Positions 63,871-64,000 of a DNA stretch of 64,000 nt are shown here, in pieces (within the stretch, counting starts at the first letter, position 1; every line of letters starts with the position of its first letter). Made by a program: the position numbers and the translations under genes. This DNA is from a virus (lineage: Duplodnaviria; Heunggongvirae; Uroviricota; Caudoviricetes): positions 12,364 through 76,363 of the IMG/VR virus record IMGVR_UViG_3300046786_000604. The stretch is one strand, 5' to 3'. Below the pieces are notes generated by a model. It had not been told where the DNA came from and searched no databases. It saw only the letters and a list, made by a program, of their open reading frames with translations.

Positions 63871-64000
63871 TATCTGGAACTTTCCACTTTATATAAAGAT
63901 CATTGCCGATAATCGATACATCGAACTTTATTTTTTTCAAGTGATTAAGTACCTTATCACATGTTTGCTGTTCAGCTAACGAAAAGAAATCAATAATAGT

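Overview
This window looks like a gene-dense segment of a large, AT-rich virulent tailed phage (T4-like or jumbo-myovirus type). Genes are tightly packed with frequent ATGA/TAATG stop-start overlaps, transcription runs in long same-strand blocks, and there are many consensus sigma70-type promoters (TTGACA-N16/17-TATAAT). GC content is roughly 35-37% by eye, not computed.

Layout:
- 0-7 kb, minus strand: a tail-fibre module. Several proteins carry the N-terminal G-E-[IL]-A-x-N...D...[LM]Y tail-fibre motif. The distal fibre is rich in Gly/Ser/Thr/Tyr. One structural protein contains three 72-bp tandem repeats.
- 7-17 kb: accessory cargo. This includes a 5-aminolevulinate synthase (ALAS), a secreted DNA/RNA non-specific nuclease, a frameshifted YbaN-like gene, an HNH endonuclease, an AlgH/YqgE homologue, a peptidoglycan-binding transglycosylase, an HldD-like heptose epimerase, two N6-adenine methyltransferase-like genes (one with an 18-bp tandem repeat encoding a PKKE-repeat tail), and a 766-aa P-loop/DEAD-box NTPase.
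- Divergent promoters sit at about 16.9 kb.
- 17-29.5 kb (plus strand), with further arrays on the minus strand at 34.0-34.9, 50.6-52.6 and 55.0-56.1 kb: about 55 paralogous small ORFs of 50-160 aa. All share a C-terminal module [WCxx(T/Q)FG]...[F.xE(E/A)(D/H)(R/K)xWFxL(R/K)W(S/G)] and are linked head-to-tail by the recurring 15-mer TTGAGGTGGTCATGA.
- Further cargo:
  - NAD+ salvage genes NadV and NatV (Nampt plus NMNAT/Nudix), together with an ADP-ribosylglycohydrolase.
  - A seryl-tRNA synthetase whose GC content is clearly higher than its surroundings.
  - A BCS1-like AAA ATPase and a Pnk-like kinase.
  - An SPFH lipoprotein and a YccA/BI-1-like membrane protein, both resembling FtsH modulators.
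  - A type-IV-pilin-like protein.
  - Other cargo genes encode a MazG-like protein, a TyrA-like dehydrogenase flanked by about 45-bp direct repeats, and a hotdog thioesterase.
  - A second small-protein family has the signature MNEKIxEL...HFG(I/V)E.
  - Four tandem MORN-variant repeat proteins share duplicated promoter and 5'UTR cassettes.

I did not detect tRNAs, CRISPR arrays or integrase/transposase genes.
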